Below are positions 39,901-59,850 of a stretch of 64,000 nt of DNA, piece by piece. The stretch lies in the NCBI RefSeq assembly GCF_009914755.1, contig NC_060948.1. One strand, written 5' to 3'. The notes below the pieces were generated by a model. That model saw only the letters and a program-made list of their open reading frames with translations. It ran no database searches and was not told where the DNA came from. Every line of letters begins with the position of its first letter. Position 1 is the stretch's first letter. Source of the stretch: the human T2T-CHM13v2.0 reference genome, Homo sapiens. Made by a program: the position numbers and the translations under genes.

Positions 39901-40359
39901 AGATTCATATCTAACATTATTGCTTTAGGAAATCGTTATCTTTCACCAAGAATAGAATGCTAATTGTATAAAAATCATATACATACAAAAGTATTTTCCC
40001 ATTTTTCCAGGAAAAAAATCTGAGTATAAATTCTAGAGTAGTCAAGTTTCTTATTTTAATTATAATTTAAGTTTTGGTCATCTCATTTATTAGCTCTCTA
40101 TTTGCATATGTAAATCAAGCAATGTTTTCAGAAAACCATTACAATTTATAAATGTAAGGTGCCATTATTGAGAAAATATATTCCTCCATGAGTGAATGTG
40201 TCCCTTCTCCCACCCACTAATGATACAATAATATAGACTCACTGAATTGTATTAGTAAAGTAATACACTGCTACAAACACTAATTCTCTTCTCCAAGTAC
40301 GTGTTGATTTTCTTTATACATGTGAGTTGGTTAGAATGCATCTGCCTTATCTCTAACAC

Positions 40360-44041
<3,682 letters not shown>

Positions 44042-44548
44042 CTAGAAAATAAAAAAGGTACCATAACATTCCTTTTTACCTACCTATTCTTCTATATGAG
44101 TCTATGAATATCAGCATTTAGCTGAAATAAAACATAGCCCTAGGGAATATGTAATAATAAGACTTGTTGTTTACTGAGCATGTAGCCGTGAGCAGGGTAC
44201 TATACTACCATGATTCTCTAAAACGACTAAAAAGGGTTTACTCTTCCCCTTTCTCAGGTCACAGTTGACTGTGAAGCTGGCACTTTAGCCTAAATGTGAC
44301 ATCAAAGCTCTTGTTATGAACAGTGAATCTATGATAAGCCCCTCTCTGCTCATACTAAGCTCCACTACAGTTTGGTTAGAGATGGATAAAAGACCAAAGT
44401 TTGTAGGTTTCTGAAACAGCAAGGTTCATGCTTTAGGGAGTATATTTATGACAAATGTAATAGAAGTTAGTGTTGAGAGAACAGAAAACTGTATAGTTAT
44501 GTCTTGGCCAAAAAGAAGAGCAAGGTTTAAGCTGTACATTTTGATCTA

Positions 44549-44868
44549 CGCCTGTAATCCCAGCTCTTTGGGAGGCCAAGATGGGTGGATCACAAGGTCA
44601 GGAGTTTGAGACAAACATGAAAAACATACTGAAACCCTATTTCTACTAAATATACAAAAATTAGCCAGGTGTGATGGTGTGCACCTGTAAACTTAGATAC
44701 TCAGGAGGCTGAGGCAGGAGAATCCCTTTAATCCGGGAGGAGAAGGTTGCAGTGAGTCAAGATCATACCCCTGCACTCCAGCTTGGGTAATAGAGCAAGA
44801 CTCCATCACAAACAAACAAACAAGCAAACACACAAACAAACAAGCAAACACACAAACAAACAAGCAAA
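44549..44868 (+). mobile_element. Alu with an (AAAC)n tail
   Basis: 5'-clipped dimer. Confidence 0.88.
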
Positions 44869-46179
44869 GTAGTTTTAGTCTTTTCACATAGTCCCATAAT
44901 TCTTGGAGACTTTGTTTCTTCCTTTTTATTCCATTTTTCTAATCTTTTCTTCATGCTTTATGGCATTAACTTGATCTTCAATCTCTGTGCTGTGTTTTTC
45001 AGCTCCATCATGTTGTTCATGTTTTTCTCTAAGATGGTTATTCCAGTAAGCAATTCCCTGACCTTTTTTTGAGGTTCTTAGCTTCCTGGCTTTGGGTTAA
45101 AACATTATCCTTTATCTCAGAAGAGTTTGTTGTTACCCACCTTCTGAAGCCTACTTCTGTCAATTCCTCAAACTCATTCTCTATTCAGTTTTGTTTTCTT
45201 GCTGGTGAGGAATTGTGATCTTTTGGAGGAGAAGGGGCATTCTCGTTTTTGGAATTTTCTGCCTTTTTGCACTTGTTGTTGTTGTTGTTTTATCTTTGTG
45301 CATTGATATTCCTTTGGTCTTTCACGTTGGTGAGTTTTGAATAGGTTTTTTTTTTTTTTTTTGGAAATCTTTTTAGTAGATGTTGATACTGTGCCTTTCT
45401 CTTACTAGTTTTCATTCTAACAGTCAGGCCCTTCTGCTGCAGATGTGCTGGACTTTGCTGCAGGTCCACTTCTGACCATTTTCGTCTGTGTATCGCTATC
45501 AGAGAATGCAGAAAAGCAAAGATTGCTGCCTATTCCTTCCTCTGAAAGCTTCATCCCAGAGGGGCAGCCTCCAGGTGCCAGTCAGAGCACTCCTGTATGA
45601 AGTGTCTGTCGATACCTGCTGAGAGGAGTCCGCCAGTCAAGAGGCATGGGATTTATGGATCTGCTTGAGGAGACAGTCTGTTGGAGATCTGCAGCTTTCT
45701 ACAGAGCCAGCAGGCAGGAAGGTTTAAGTCTGCTGAAGCTGCACCTACAGCCACTCCTTCCCCCAGATGCTCTGTTTCAGGGAGATAGAAGTTTTATCTA
45801 TAAGCCCCTAACTGGGGCTGCTGCCATTCTTTCAGAGATGACCTGACCAGAGAGGAGGAATCTAGGGAGGCAGTGTGGCTACAGCAGCTTGGCTGAGCTG
45901 CAGTGACTTCCCAGTGGCTTTGTTTACACTGTGAAGGGAAAACCACCAACTCGAGCCTCAGTATTGGCAGGTGCCCCTGTCCCCAGCAATCTGAAGCATC
46001 CCAGATTAACTTCAGACTACTGCACTGGCAGCAAGGATTTCAAGGCAGTGGATTTTAGCTTGCTGGGCTCCATGGGCATGACATCCACTGAGCTAGATAA
46101 CTTGGCATCCTGGCTTCTCCCCCCTGTCAAGGGAGTGAACCATTCTGTCTTTCTGGCATTTCAGGTGCCACTGGGGCAC

Positions 46180-46217
<38 letters not shown>

Positions 46218-46245
46218 TCAAGCTAGCTCAGTGTCTTCCCAAACC
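44869..46245 (-). mobile_element. L1PA 5'UTR/ORF1 fragment
   Basis: Antisense ORF1 (tagtcccataattcttggag) and a 5'UTR homologous to 3021-3760. Confidence 0.88.
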
Positions 46246-46249
46246 AATT

Positions 46250-46838
46250 TTTAAATTTTTAATCAAAATGTACATTTTTATATCTTTTTACAATTTTTTT
46301 ATTGTTTTTATACACCTTGCATGAAAATTAATGTTTAGCACTTTTGATTACATGTTATAATGAAATTTTAGCAATTTTTAACTTTATGTAAAACGTGTTA
46401 AGTTGTTTTGTTTGTTTTTCCTGTAAATGGCAGTAACACTAAACCTTTCCCCTTGGTACAATTGAATAATATATTTTTACATTCTCGTACTTAACAATTA
46501 GCATTTCTGGGAAGCTGGATTTGCTATAAAGGTATTTTGAAAAATGTCTGTTTTGTTCTAAATGTCCCCAGACAATAGACAGAGACCCGGAATCCTCTTT
46601 ATGAAAGAGGACAGTTACACTGAGAAAGCACTACATGTCCCCAAGGTTTCCTCTAGCTTAGTCCTATTGGTCGTTCGAAGAACTCGACAGCAGGCTGGAC
46701 TTTCTCCAGTACCAAGAGAAAGCCAGGAAAAGGTAGATCTTACCAGACGACTGAATTAGTGTTGTCTGTTGGATGTTCCACTTGGAATTGTCAAAGGGAC
46801 TCCAAGACTGGAGCTATATGAGGAACAGAGAGTAAGAG

Positions 46839-46891
<53 letters not shown>

Positions 46892-47206
46892 AAGGGAGAG
46901 AGAGAGAGAGAGAAAGGGAGAGAGAGAGGAAGAGAGAGAGAAGAGGAAAGAGGGAGCCAGTGTTAGGGGTGGATTCCTGAGACTTGAGGGTTTTATAGAC
47001 CTGGCCTGAGCCTTGCAGTTTCCTTCAGGTCATTTGTCCTTCTCACACAAACTGCTTGAAGAGTAAAATGAAAGAAAAGTTGGGGCAGGTGGCCAGAGAC
47101 ACTCAGGATCCAGGAGTTAACTTAGGATAAGCTGCCACTGCCCACAGCTTCCTGGGATCCAACGGGGCCTCTACCCCCAACACTGGTCCTGGGTTTCAGC
47201 ACCAAA
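46250..47206 (-). mobile_element. ERV1 internal 5' leader with a tRNA-Phe-like PBS
   Basis: TGGTGCTGAAACCCAGGA (47204-47187) immediately follows the LTR; (GA)n tract at 46842-46950. Confidence 0.75.
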
Positions 47207-47642
47207 TGTAAAAATTAAAGAAAGAGGTGAGAAACCCAAAGGGCAGCATGACTGTCAACAAGGACAGGTTTATTTTGAATCAACCTGAGAGGGGTGGCTG
47301 GCCAGGTTAAGTCAGAGCCACATTCTCTTAACAGACTAAGAGATTTTCAAGATTCAGTCTCAGAGAGTTTGTCAGAGTCTTGGACGGCTTCTGTGTCTCT
47401 TTGTTGTGGTTATCTGACAGAGAGAGCTGTGGGTCTGTTTTCATACATCTTTCTGGAGTTGCAGGCATATTTCCCATGTCTGCTTCTAGCTTCCTTATCT
47501 TACTGCACCTGAAGGGAAAGGAATGTGCTTACTATTTGTAGTTAGAAGACAAGTGATTTCCTTGAAATGCATGAGGCTAAAAAGAGAGTTGGATGTTAAA
47601 GTGGTGATATTTGTTCAAGATGAAGGTGCTCCTGTTCCATCA
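47207..47642 (-). mobile_element. ERV1 LTR, MER61-like
   Basis: TG...CA termini; the start reads TGATGGAACAGGAGCACCTTCATCTTGAACAAA; adjacent PBS. Confidence 0.72.
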
Positions 47643-48674
47643 ATTTCTAGTCAGGTAATTGCACAACCATTAGTTTTTTTCTTTGTTTGTTTGTTTTGGA
47701 GTAATTATATACTTAGAAGTAAATTCTGTTGTCTGTAAATTCAAATCAGCAAATTTATATGGCTCTATTTGATGTATTTGCCTTACACAAATGCATGCTT
47801 TATATTATAGAAACATTATAACACCTGTGAGTTTTAAAAGTTATTTTATGGTAATGAAGAGTGATTTCTTGGCCCTCTGAAAAACAAGATTAAATTATTT
47901 TGTGTATTGAATATTCACAGTTATTAAGGAAATCCCCAAGGTTTATTTTTTTAAATTAACTTTTCATTAAATTGAAGGGTATTTTAGTAAAAACACTGTA
48001 ACATAAAATTAAAATTAGTGATAATACGAATAATTAAATGACTTTAATTATTCTGTTGAAGTTGTGGAAGTGTTGTTGTTATTTTAATTAGAACAGCATA
48101 CAAAATCTACAAAAAAATTTACCAAAGCTCTTTATTTTCTCTCTCAAATAGGAATTTGTATTTAATAATTTTCTGTGTGAGATGTTTGCTCTTTATAAGA
48201 ACAGGACTCTTTATTCAAATAGAAGCTGTTTTGTAATCTTGATTCTATTACACCAATGAATACTTATTTTTCACAGAAATGTAACAACTTGAACAAGGGT
48301 GATCAGTTACTAAGAGGAGTATTTAATCTCCTGAGAAGAAAATATACAGAGCATAGCTATTATATTTACAGAAATATATTTAACTGTTTGTAACATATGC
48401 CAGTTTAGGTAAGATATTTTCATAATTTTATGTCAATTAGGTTTTTATTTTAAAATATTAAATGAGAAGCACATTTTAATCATTATAATATGTAAAGCAT
48501 CCTAAAGTACAAGCAATATTCCATATACATACATACATATACATATAAATATATATAAATGCATCCCAAATCTGTGTAACTTTAATGTATTTCATGTATT
48601 CTCAGGTTATTTATGCACTTGTTTCATTTTTCTGGTAATCTTTAAGTTTAGATATTGTACCTGATTGATGTTGT

Positions 48675-48962
<288 letters not shown>

Positions 48963-50607
48963 ACGTTATCTCTTAGTATTGCTTTTTGAAAACTACTGGC
49001 TTCCAGGTCATATGCCACACTATCTAAATCAGAATTTCTAGAACTTGGAAAAGGAATCTATATCCTTAAGGGATCTCAACTGGTCATTTTGTTTGTCAGT
49101 TTTAAAAATGTCTTCTATGAGAAACTTTTAGAACGTATGTGTGTTTTTGTTAAAATAAAGTAAAATAAACAGTTACAATGTAAATAAATAATTTACTTAA
49201 ATTTTTTGTTGATGTTAACATAAATTAAGAAATGTGATTTTCACTAAATCTCTCTTAGGGTAGCCTGATTTTTCTCACATCAACCTATTGCACAGTAGTA
49301 CTAAAGGCATTGATAGATTGTCAAAAATGTAAAACAAAAATATTTGTACTGTTTTCAGTGTTAGGGCAACATTTCAAAGTTACTAATTTATGGATATAGT
49401 TAAAATTTAATTACTATTAAATTTTACATTTATATGTGATGTTGATAAATATTATGTCACACATATGAATGATTGACTCAGACAATTAGGATTTCACTTC
49501 ATGTAACTTGTTAAAGTCACAAACATTTTACTATCAAAACTAAGTTCTATGGTCACACATTCCTGTAATGAAAGTGTTATTTTATTTACCTTCAAGAGGA
49601 AACAAATTTGACCCTTTACTCTTCCTGCTCTGATCATCTCTGTGCTTTCTTTTTTCTCATCCTTGCCTGACTACATCTGAGATGCTGGGATACTTTTAGT
49701 AGAGTAGGAGCATATATTCAAATATAAATACAATATTTATTTTAAATGTAAAAATATAAAACTTAAGAACTCAAAAAAAATTTGTTTTGCACAATTTAAC
49801 TTGAGATTTCAGTGGCTCATACACAACACATGATTGGTTTATAATATAACCTAAGTGTAATTTTAATTGACAAGATTCATTATACATTTATACATCTGAA
49901 GGCATTTAGGCAGTGTGTTTTAGGTTTTAGGAATTTTTGAATTTGAGGAAACTGAGTCAACACATTTGCAACACATTGTGTACTATTCCTTGTGAGGCCC
50001 CAAAGGTACCCAAGAATCAAACATACTAATGTTTCTATGAAGAGAAATGAATATTCCCTTTAAGGATGAAGGGTACATGAATGAAGACTTAATAGCTTCC
50101 CTCAATTAAGTCTTTATTACATCAGAAATCAAATTACATACCAACCTTATTTTTAAAAGCCTTGCTTAATTGAGCATTTTGAATTTCAGATAAAGTGTTT
50201 TGAATCTGTCTTAATTATGATTTTGAAAATACAGTACTGAATAAACAGCCCAGGTGGGATACAAAGCTTCATAATAAACAAGAAAAATACAAAGTGACCT
50301 GCTGCCTGTTGTAGGGAGTATATGACTTAGATTTGGAGGTAAAAAGCATCTTGCAGTAAAAAATACTTGCTTTGTTAAGCTTTTTTTTTTCTAAATAGCT
50401 AGTTGGTACAGACTTAGTATTGACATAACTTGACTTTTTAGCAATTATGTGCGATATTCAGTGTGACTTGATAAACCATTAGAGGATCACAAAAGGCATA
50501 AATTAGTAACATCTCACTGGCTATAGCATAGAAAGTTTCACAATAAACCACAGTAAGAAAGTATTCAAAATTATGTGTAGAAAAAGATTGTGGGTACTCT
50601 GTATTAT

Positions 50608-50662
50608 GTAACTAACCTGCACATTGTGCACAAGTACCCTAAAACTTAAAGTATAATAAAAA
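50608..50662 (+). mobile_element. Very short L1PA 3' end
   Basis: atgtaactaacctgcacattgtgcacaagtaccctaaaacttaaagtataataaaaaa. Confidence 0.85.
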
Positions 50663-51124
50663 AGAAAAACTGGCAATGTGGAACATATGTGTGGACAGAT
50701 TCACGAGCTCTTTATGAGTTACAATAGGTAGGTGTTGGTAATTGGATATTTGAGGAAGTGGAATAGGAAAGAGATGTTAACACCTATGTCTCTTGTGTGA
50801 TTTGATATGCTGAGGGAATAGTAATGCAATTTACTGATAGAAAGAAAAGAATCTGAGCGGATTGTGATTTAGAAGCATATGGGAGATCAAATAGAAAATT
50901 GTAATGGGGAGTTGGATACCTATGTCCAGAATTTGGAATCATCTAAAACAATACATGTGTTACTACAGATGTAACAATGAAAAAAAGTCATAGAAAGGAA
51001 TGTCATTGAATGGAAACTTTTTTAAAAAAAGTTAATGTTATCATGGTAGATAACATTAAGTTATCCAAAAACAATCCATAGCCTCTATAAGTAGTTAGTT
51101 TAACTTGTATGTAAGAAGGAGAGT

Positions 51125-51346
51125 TTTTGTTTGTTTGTTTGTTTTTTTGAGGGAGTCTCACTCTGTCACCCAGACTGGAGGGCAGGAACGCAATCTCGGC
51201 TCACTGAAACCTCCGCTTCCTGGGTTCAAGCAATTCTGTGTGTCACCCTCCTGAGTAGCTGGGATTACAAGTGTCCACCACCACACCTGGATAATTTTAT
51301 ATTTTTAGAAGAGATGGGGTTTCACAACCTTGGCCAAATTGGTTTT
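51125..51346 (-). mobile_element. Partial Alu
   Basis: Antisense right arm and part of the left arm. Confidence 0.82.
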
Positions 51347-51582
51347 GAGAAAAATTATAATTTTAAAAAACTGTGGTTACACTCAAGACAGATCTTTAGC
51401 CTTCTTCTAGAATTCTTAGCTGTGTCATCTGCAGTAAAATAAGACTAAGATTGACCAGAATTAGTTACCCAACTCTGCTAGGAGATTAAAAGTTTTATTG
51501 TTATAGGATTGTAGAAACAAATCATAGTATATAACTGGAAACTCTATACACACACGCCCCCCCAAACACAAAATCATACACA

Positions 51583-51669
51583 ATTTTCACTCAATAGACA
51601 TTATAATAAGCATACTAAAAAACCTGATTTTCACTCAATAGACATTATAATAAGCATACTGAAAACCTG
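51583..51669. repeat. ~44-bp tandem duplication
   Basis: attttcactcaatagacattataataagcatact(a/g)aaaacctg, two copies. Confidence 0.95.
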
Positions 51670-52909
51670 ATAATAAACTAAAGGTATTATAAAGTTGTAG
51701 AACACGATGATTAAAGCCAAATCATAATCTTAAATTTTAAACAACTGAAAATGTTAGATTTTAACAATTAAATTTTTCTAATTGTTCTTTGGTCCACCAT
51801 CATAGATTTCAAGCAGATTAATTAATGTTGTAAAACGACATTAAGAGTCTCTATCAATGGGGTTTAATTTATACCATTTAAAAAATAGTTTGTAGTCATA
51901 TATTGTTTACTATGTAACTTCTTTTATTTGCTCTAAAGTAAGGCTAAATCACATCTTAACCTCATCTCATTCAAGGAAGTGATTACAGTAAAATTATACA
52001 TGTTGGGTTAATGTGGAAAACAGTGAATGTAGATTAATGTGGGTTTTTTGCAAGAATTTAGTATTCTCCTTATTAAGATTAGCTTGAAATGTTTTGTGTA
52101 ATGAATATTTAGTCTATTCAATAGGCGTTATTCAGATATATATCAACAGATATATATCAACATCTGCTATGTACCAACCACTGTTCAAGGCAGCAGATAA
52201 CAATATAGGCAAAGATAATATTAATCCAAATTGCACGTGAAAACAAATGATACTATTGATAATGTGGCAAATGACTTGATTTTCACTTTATTATAATTTT
52301 TAAGAGAATAATACAATGAAATATGTACTGTCAGTGTTACAAGAAGTCTATCCATGTTATTCCTTACCTGAAATAATTAGATTACACAAATTACCTTTTT
52401 CAAAAGAAATTTATATTATAAATGCTCCTATGGCAAAAAAAAAAAAACATAGCTTCTGACTTGGAATATAATATTACTATATTAAGTAAGACACATGGTA
52501 GAGAGAAAAAAACAATTTTATTTATCTTTCATGGTAATGACAAAAAAGGTAGAAGTCTCTATTTTTTGCATTTTTAATATTGACTCTTAAGAAGAGTAAA
52601 CAATTTTCAGTGTCAATATGTTGCAATTTAGCCAGACCTAGAAGAAAAATGACTGATTATTAGCAAATCAGGAAAATTTTATTGTTGCCATTGAAAATTG
52701 CTTTAGCCATCATGTGTGTGTTCTTACACTATTAGAATTGAAATCAATTTTCTACTGCCAATTTATATTGCTGTTCTATCATCATGGGATTCTTGCTTTA
52801 CATTCTTAAATGTTGTCTCTGAAAAATGAGTGACTACCAAACAAGTTTTTCTTTTTTATTCAAAAAGTTAGTCTTAAAAGGCTATTCCTCTTTAATAAAA
52901 ATAATGAGG

Positions 52910-53080
52910 TGAGTGAATATGGTGAGGCATTTCTCTAATCCCAAGTAGTTGGAAGGCTCAGGCAGGAGTATTCCTTGAACCCTGGAGTGTGAGACCTCAT
53001 TGAGCTATGAGCTATCATCATGCCACTGTAGTCCAGCCTGGGCCACAGAGCATAATCCTATGTGTAGAATAAAAAATAGA
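52910..53080 (+). mobile_element. Alu right-monomer fragment
   Basis: ggctcaggcaggag...tccagcctgggccacagagc. Confidence 0.65.
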
Positions 53081-53352
53081 ACTATGAAAAGTAATAAAGC
53101 CTGACTGTTTTTAATTCACTTTTAATAATGCATGGATAGTATATTTAGCCAAAACATTTTAAATTAGTAACATGCCAAGAGATCAGATGTTTTAGTCAGA
53201 TTGCTAGCTCCTCAACTGGCTAAATATGTAACATTTGGCAAAGTATTTCTCCTAACAGTAATTGATTTTTTTATTTGTTAAATGGATTTACTAGTGCTAC
53301 CCTCTTAGGGAACTAACTCTGATATTAATTAGATTACCTCAAAAACTTGTTA

Positions 53353-53427
53353 CATAATAGGCAATAAAATATTAGCACATATTAGGCAATAAAATATTAG
53401 GCACATATTAGGCAATAAAATATTAGC
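53353..53427. repeat. Three ~25-bp tandem copies
   Basis: cata(a/t)taggcaataaaatattag(g)c, three copies. Confidence 0.92.
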
Positions 53428-53798
53428 TACTACTAGATATTACAGATTATTTTCATCTGCTTATTTTAAAGCTCATAGTGCATATAATAAAATTCCAGCA
53501 GAGCGAAAATGACTGTTAGATACAATAGAACACTCTAAGAGTCATTATCAAAAATGAGCATATCAGTGTGTAAAATGTATGGTAGTTTTATTTAACGGTT
53601 GTTTCATTGTTTACCGTAGTGTTTTTTCTTACAATTTTGTGGAAGCCTGTGTCAGAGTTAAGAACTTTTATAGAAGAGGATAATCATGGATGATTGAAAT
53701 TGACATTTTAAGCTGATACTGAAAGTTATTCTAACTTCTATTACATTTATAGTTGTATTTTCTTTCAAAGGATAATGGAAGTCTTAAAAAGAAAATGG

Positions 53799-53956
53799 AT
53801 ACTTCCCTGACAGGGGAGATACCTAGGAATCCAACTTCCCAGGGCAAGACTGATCTATTGCACTATGGATGTGCCGACCCCTGAGATTTACAAAATTGTG
53901 GGAAACTCAACTGCATAATTTATGGAAATGAAGGACTGTGTTTGCGCTTTCACGTG
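53799..53956 (+). pseudogene. RNU1: U1 snRNA retropseudogene
   Basis: ATACTTCCCTGACAGGGGAGATACC...ATTGCAC...GCATAATTTATGG...GCGCTTTC, followed by an A-rich tail. TSD-like flanks aaaagaaaat(g/t)ga. Confidence 0.95.
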
Positions 53957-54766
53957 GAAAAGAAACAGAAAAGAAAAGAAAAGAAAATTGACTTGTTTAG
54001 TGGATATAGAAACTTGAAACTAGACCATGTACTGGAAACAATTCAGTATGCCTACAAAAGTTGGTCTCCAGCACAAAACAATAAAACATCAAATGGTTAT
54101 GTCTTAGGCAGATCAAATAGTGTTAGGATGACACTTGCAAAACCTTGCAAACTGAGTCCACATGAGGGGACGAGGGGAAGCACCCAAAGGAAGCAGATAA
54201 ATCTGGGAAAAAGAGAAGTCATTTTTAAATGTGTAAGCCAATGTTTATGTATTAATATTTCCCTTAAAAATATTTATTTTATTAAATGGTTAACATTGGT
54301 TTCTTTGACCTTAAAAAGTAGGTTTTCTTTTGGAAATGACTGATGTGAAATGGTCTAGAAATTACACAGCTAGAATAATTCAGATTTTTCCCTGACTTAT
54401 ACATCATTTGCAGGAGTTGTGAAGATGTTAAAGATGCCAGCTTTTTTGCATTTCTTAGAAGTTTATTCTAAATGAAGAAAATTAAATATAAGGTATAAAG
54501 TTACTTTCATAATAAAATTGTCAATCTTTTTAAATATTTTGAATTTGAAGCCAGATAATCAAGATTCCTTAGATGAGCGTAAGTCCTCTTCAACAGAAGA
54601 TGCCACATTATGTCCTCATCCAACAGGATTTATGTATGAACAGGTAAAAATAAATAAATACATACATACATAAATTTTTATTTTTCTTTTTCAAACTCAT
54701 TTTGATCTTTACTTATATGGTCTTCAATTTTATTTCCTTACATATTTGGTAACATATCAGCTGTGA

Positions 54767-57155
<2,389 letters not shown>

Positions 57156-57469
57156 CAGAAGAAGAATACTTTAAGTGTGGTCATGTTTTATTTTACCCTT
57201 GTGACATTTTCTTTGTCAATAGGTACTACCTTGTCCTAGTTCATAAAAATTTGTGATATTTCAAGAAGAGCATAAAGTAATTTATTTATTCTTTCTCAAA
57301 ATGCAGAGACAGTAAAAATTAACCATTTTACGGGCTTTAATACAAAGTTTACTAAAAAACAAATACTGATCAAAATATAAATAAATACCATTTATGAACA
57401 CTTCTAAGTTAAAACGAATATTTTTGTTAAAATTTTCTGGGAAGATTAGCCACAACAAGAGTAATGCAG

Positions 57470-57932
57470 TCTTCTCTTTTCTTTTCTTACCTTTTTTCTT
57501 TCTCTTTCTTTCTCTTTTTCTTTCTTTCTTTCTCTCTTTTTCTTTCTTTCTTTCTTTGTTTTCTTTCTTCCTTTCTTTCTTCCTTTGTTTTTTCTCTTTC
57601 TTTTCTTCCTCTCTTCTTTCCTTTCTTTCTTTCCTTTTTTTTTTTTTTTTTTTTGATGGTGTTTCACTCTTGTTGCCTCGGCTGGAGTGCAATGGTTGTG
57701 ATTTTGGCTCACTGCAACTTCCACCCCAGGAGTTCAATCGATTCTCCTGCCTCAGCCTCCCAAGTAGCTGGGATTACAGTCATGTGCCACCACACCTGGT
57801 TAATTCTGTATTTTTGGTAGAGACAAGGTTTCACCTTGTTAGCCAGGGTGGTCTGGATCTCCTGACCTCACGATCCACCCTCCTCAGCCTCTCAAAGTGC
57901 TGGGATTATTTTGAGTCATGGCACCCAGCCAG
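57470..57932 (-). mobile_element. Alu with an expanded (TTTC)n tail
   Basis: Pyrimidine tract 57470-57654, followed by an antisense dimer. Confidence 0.9.
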
Positions 57933-58949
57933 GTTAATCATTTAAAAGATTTTAGTGTGCTATAACATTTAGCATGACTTCTCACCAAGTTCATGTAGCC
58001 AAAAATTGGAATTACCTAAATTACAGCAGTTGTCCAGAGTAACAGCTCTATTGCTCAGAAACCTTATTTTTTTATGCCAGAAACAATCAAAGACAGGGTA
58101 AAAATGTAAAAAACAAGCAGATTTTAATTCTACACATTCTTCACCTTTAATGTTTGATAGCTTAATTTCTTGCTGAGATAAAGATATTGCCATATTTTTA
58201 ATAGGAATTCTTAAATATTACAACCAATATACATACTTTTCATATGTCACAATGTTTGGAGCATGGGAAGTTGTATTTTTTTGTGCTGGGGGCACTTTTG
58301 TGGTAGAATTTACTAAGGGATGCTTCTAAAATTTGCTTCACCTAATTCCAGTAAAGTGCATATTATCAGAATCCACAGTACTTTGAAGCACCATTGTGCC
58401 AAGATTTCTGACTGTTTTGCTAGCCAGTCACAATTTTCCTTGAAAGCAGTAAGTCTCCTAGTTTATTTCTATATTATTTTAAAGCTTTTGTCATTAGATG
58501 TAGGGTTTACTGAAGATAAAAGTGCCTTCTGATTTTAAATAATTAATATAATTTTTTATTTGATGTAATATCTCTATGCCCCTGTTGGAAACAGTAGGAT
58601 ATGAAGTGTGTTGCATAGTGTGAGGATCAGCAATTCATTTGTTTGAACCGGTTACAATATACTATGTTTTTATCTTTTTATAGTATATAAGCATTAGCAT
58701 TGAACACCATGAATGCAAAATGCAGTCTACATTAGTCAAGACCTATAAATACACTATCAGGGCTACTGATATTGGTATATTGTAATCCAACTATGTCATG
58801 TGTCTTCCTATATGGACTATTGTTATTTGCAGTCTATGTTTCTCTTCTGGCCTAGACTTAGATTTTGGAATTTCTGTTCCTTAGAAAGTACAAGAGAAGC
58901 ATATTTAGATTAATCCCATTTCTGCATTACTGCTGCACCTCTTTAAGGT

Positions 58950-59850
58950 TGCCACTTCAAGGGACTACATCATGATGTCCTGTTTCTAATGACCTCCCAA
59001 TCATCCTGCAGAAGATTCTTCAAATGGGGATCAACATGTCCTTATTTAAGGTACCCCTTAAATTTCTACTATTAAGTGGATGCCAGGATATGATTCAGCC
59101 CATTGAAAGTCCGTGTATCACATACTGGCATCTGTTTGAAAGTCCAGTTTTCTATTGTTCACATGGCCAGGATACTGATTACTGTTTACGACTCATGAAT
59201 TCAAACAATTGCCTTTATAAAACAATCATTTAACAGCATAGAGTTCAATCATTGAGCTAATTTACTCATTCAATCTTCAACTGGTCTTCATTTCTGGTCT
59301 CTATGAGAGCCTTGCAACAGGACATTATACACCCACTTTGAAACTGCCATTCATCAACTAAGCAGGTTGTTGTTGTCAATAGGGAGCTCTTCAAAGGGCA
59401 TTGCCCATGTGACAGTGGGATCCAGTAATTCCTGAGGTTATTGCAAACTACATGCTAGAAAATACCAGACTGCCTGCTCTTGAATAGGATCATCATCTCA
59501 TTGCACTTCCCTGGTAATATTTTCCTCTATAAAACCATCTTTTTATGTTATTTGAAAGTCTTCTGAGCACTTCCTCATTAGACTGTTTCTTTAATTTGCC
59601 CAACACTTTATACGTGTTGCAAGTTTTATAATTATTTTATGGTCTTCAGTCAAAGAAGCTGTCTCAACACTAAGGCAAGAAAACCTAGTAATTATCTTTC
59701 CAATGGCACATATTGTTTCATGGCATCCAGGAGAGCCCTGGACCACAATTTCCAGCTAATGCTGAAGAGGGGCATGTGTGGCTTTTCTGCCATGTCCTCA
59801 GTCTGCCCAAGAACATGTCGCAAGTACTTCTAAAATCAGAATTTGGATCA
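58950..59850 (-). mobile_element. Possible ancient ERVL internal (pol) remnant
   Basis: Degenerate RNase H- and integrase-like motifs on the minus strand, recognised by eye only. Confidence 0.4.

Noticed and set aside
51760-52110. Possible additional highly degraded USP9 exons
   Set aside because: Only faint similarity (...tctatcaatgg); boundaries cannot be supported by eye.
51583-53427. Short direct repeats as a possible CRISPR-like array
   Set aside because: Only 2-3 adjacent copies with no spacers; simple slippage duplications in eukaryotic DNA.
53799-53956. Functional U1 snRNA gene
   Set aside because: The 5' splice-site recognition sequence is mutated, stem-loop I is lost, and it has an A-tail and TSD with no snRNA promoter context.
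58320-58455. Segment ending in a gtaagt donor with faint USP9-like similarity
   Set aside because: Similarity is too weak and out of exon order.
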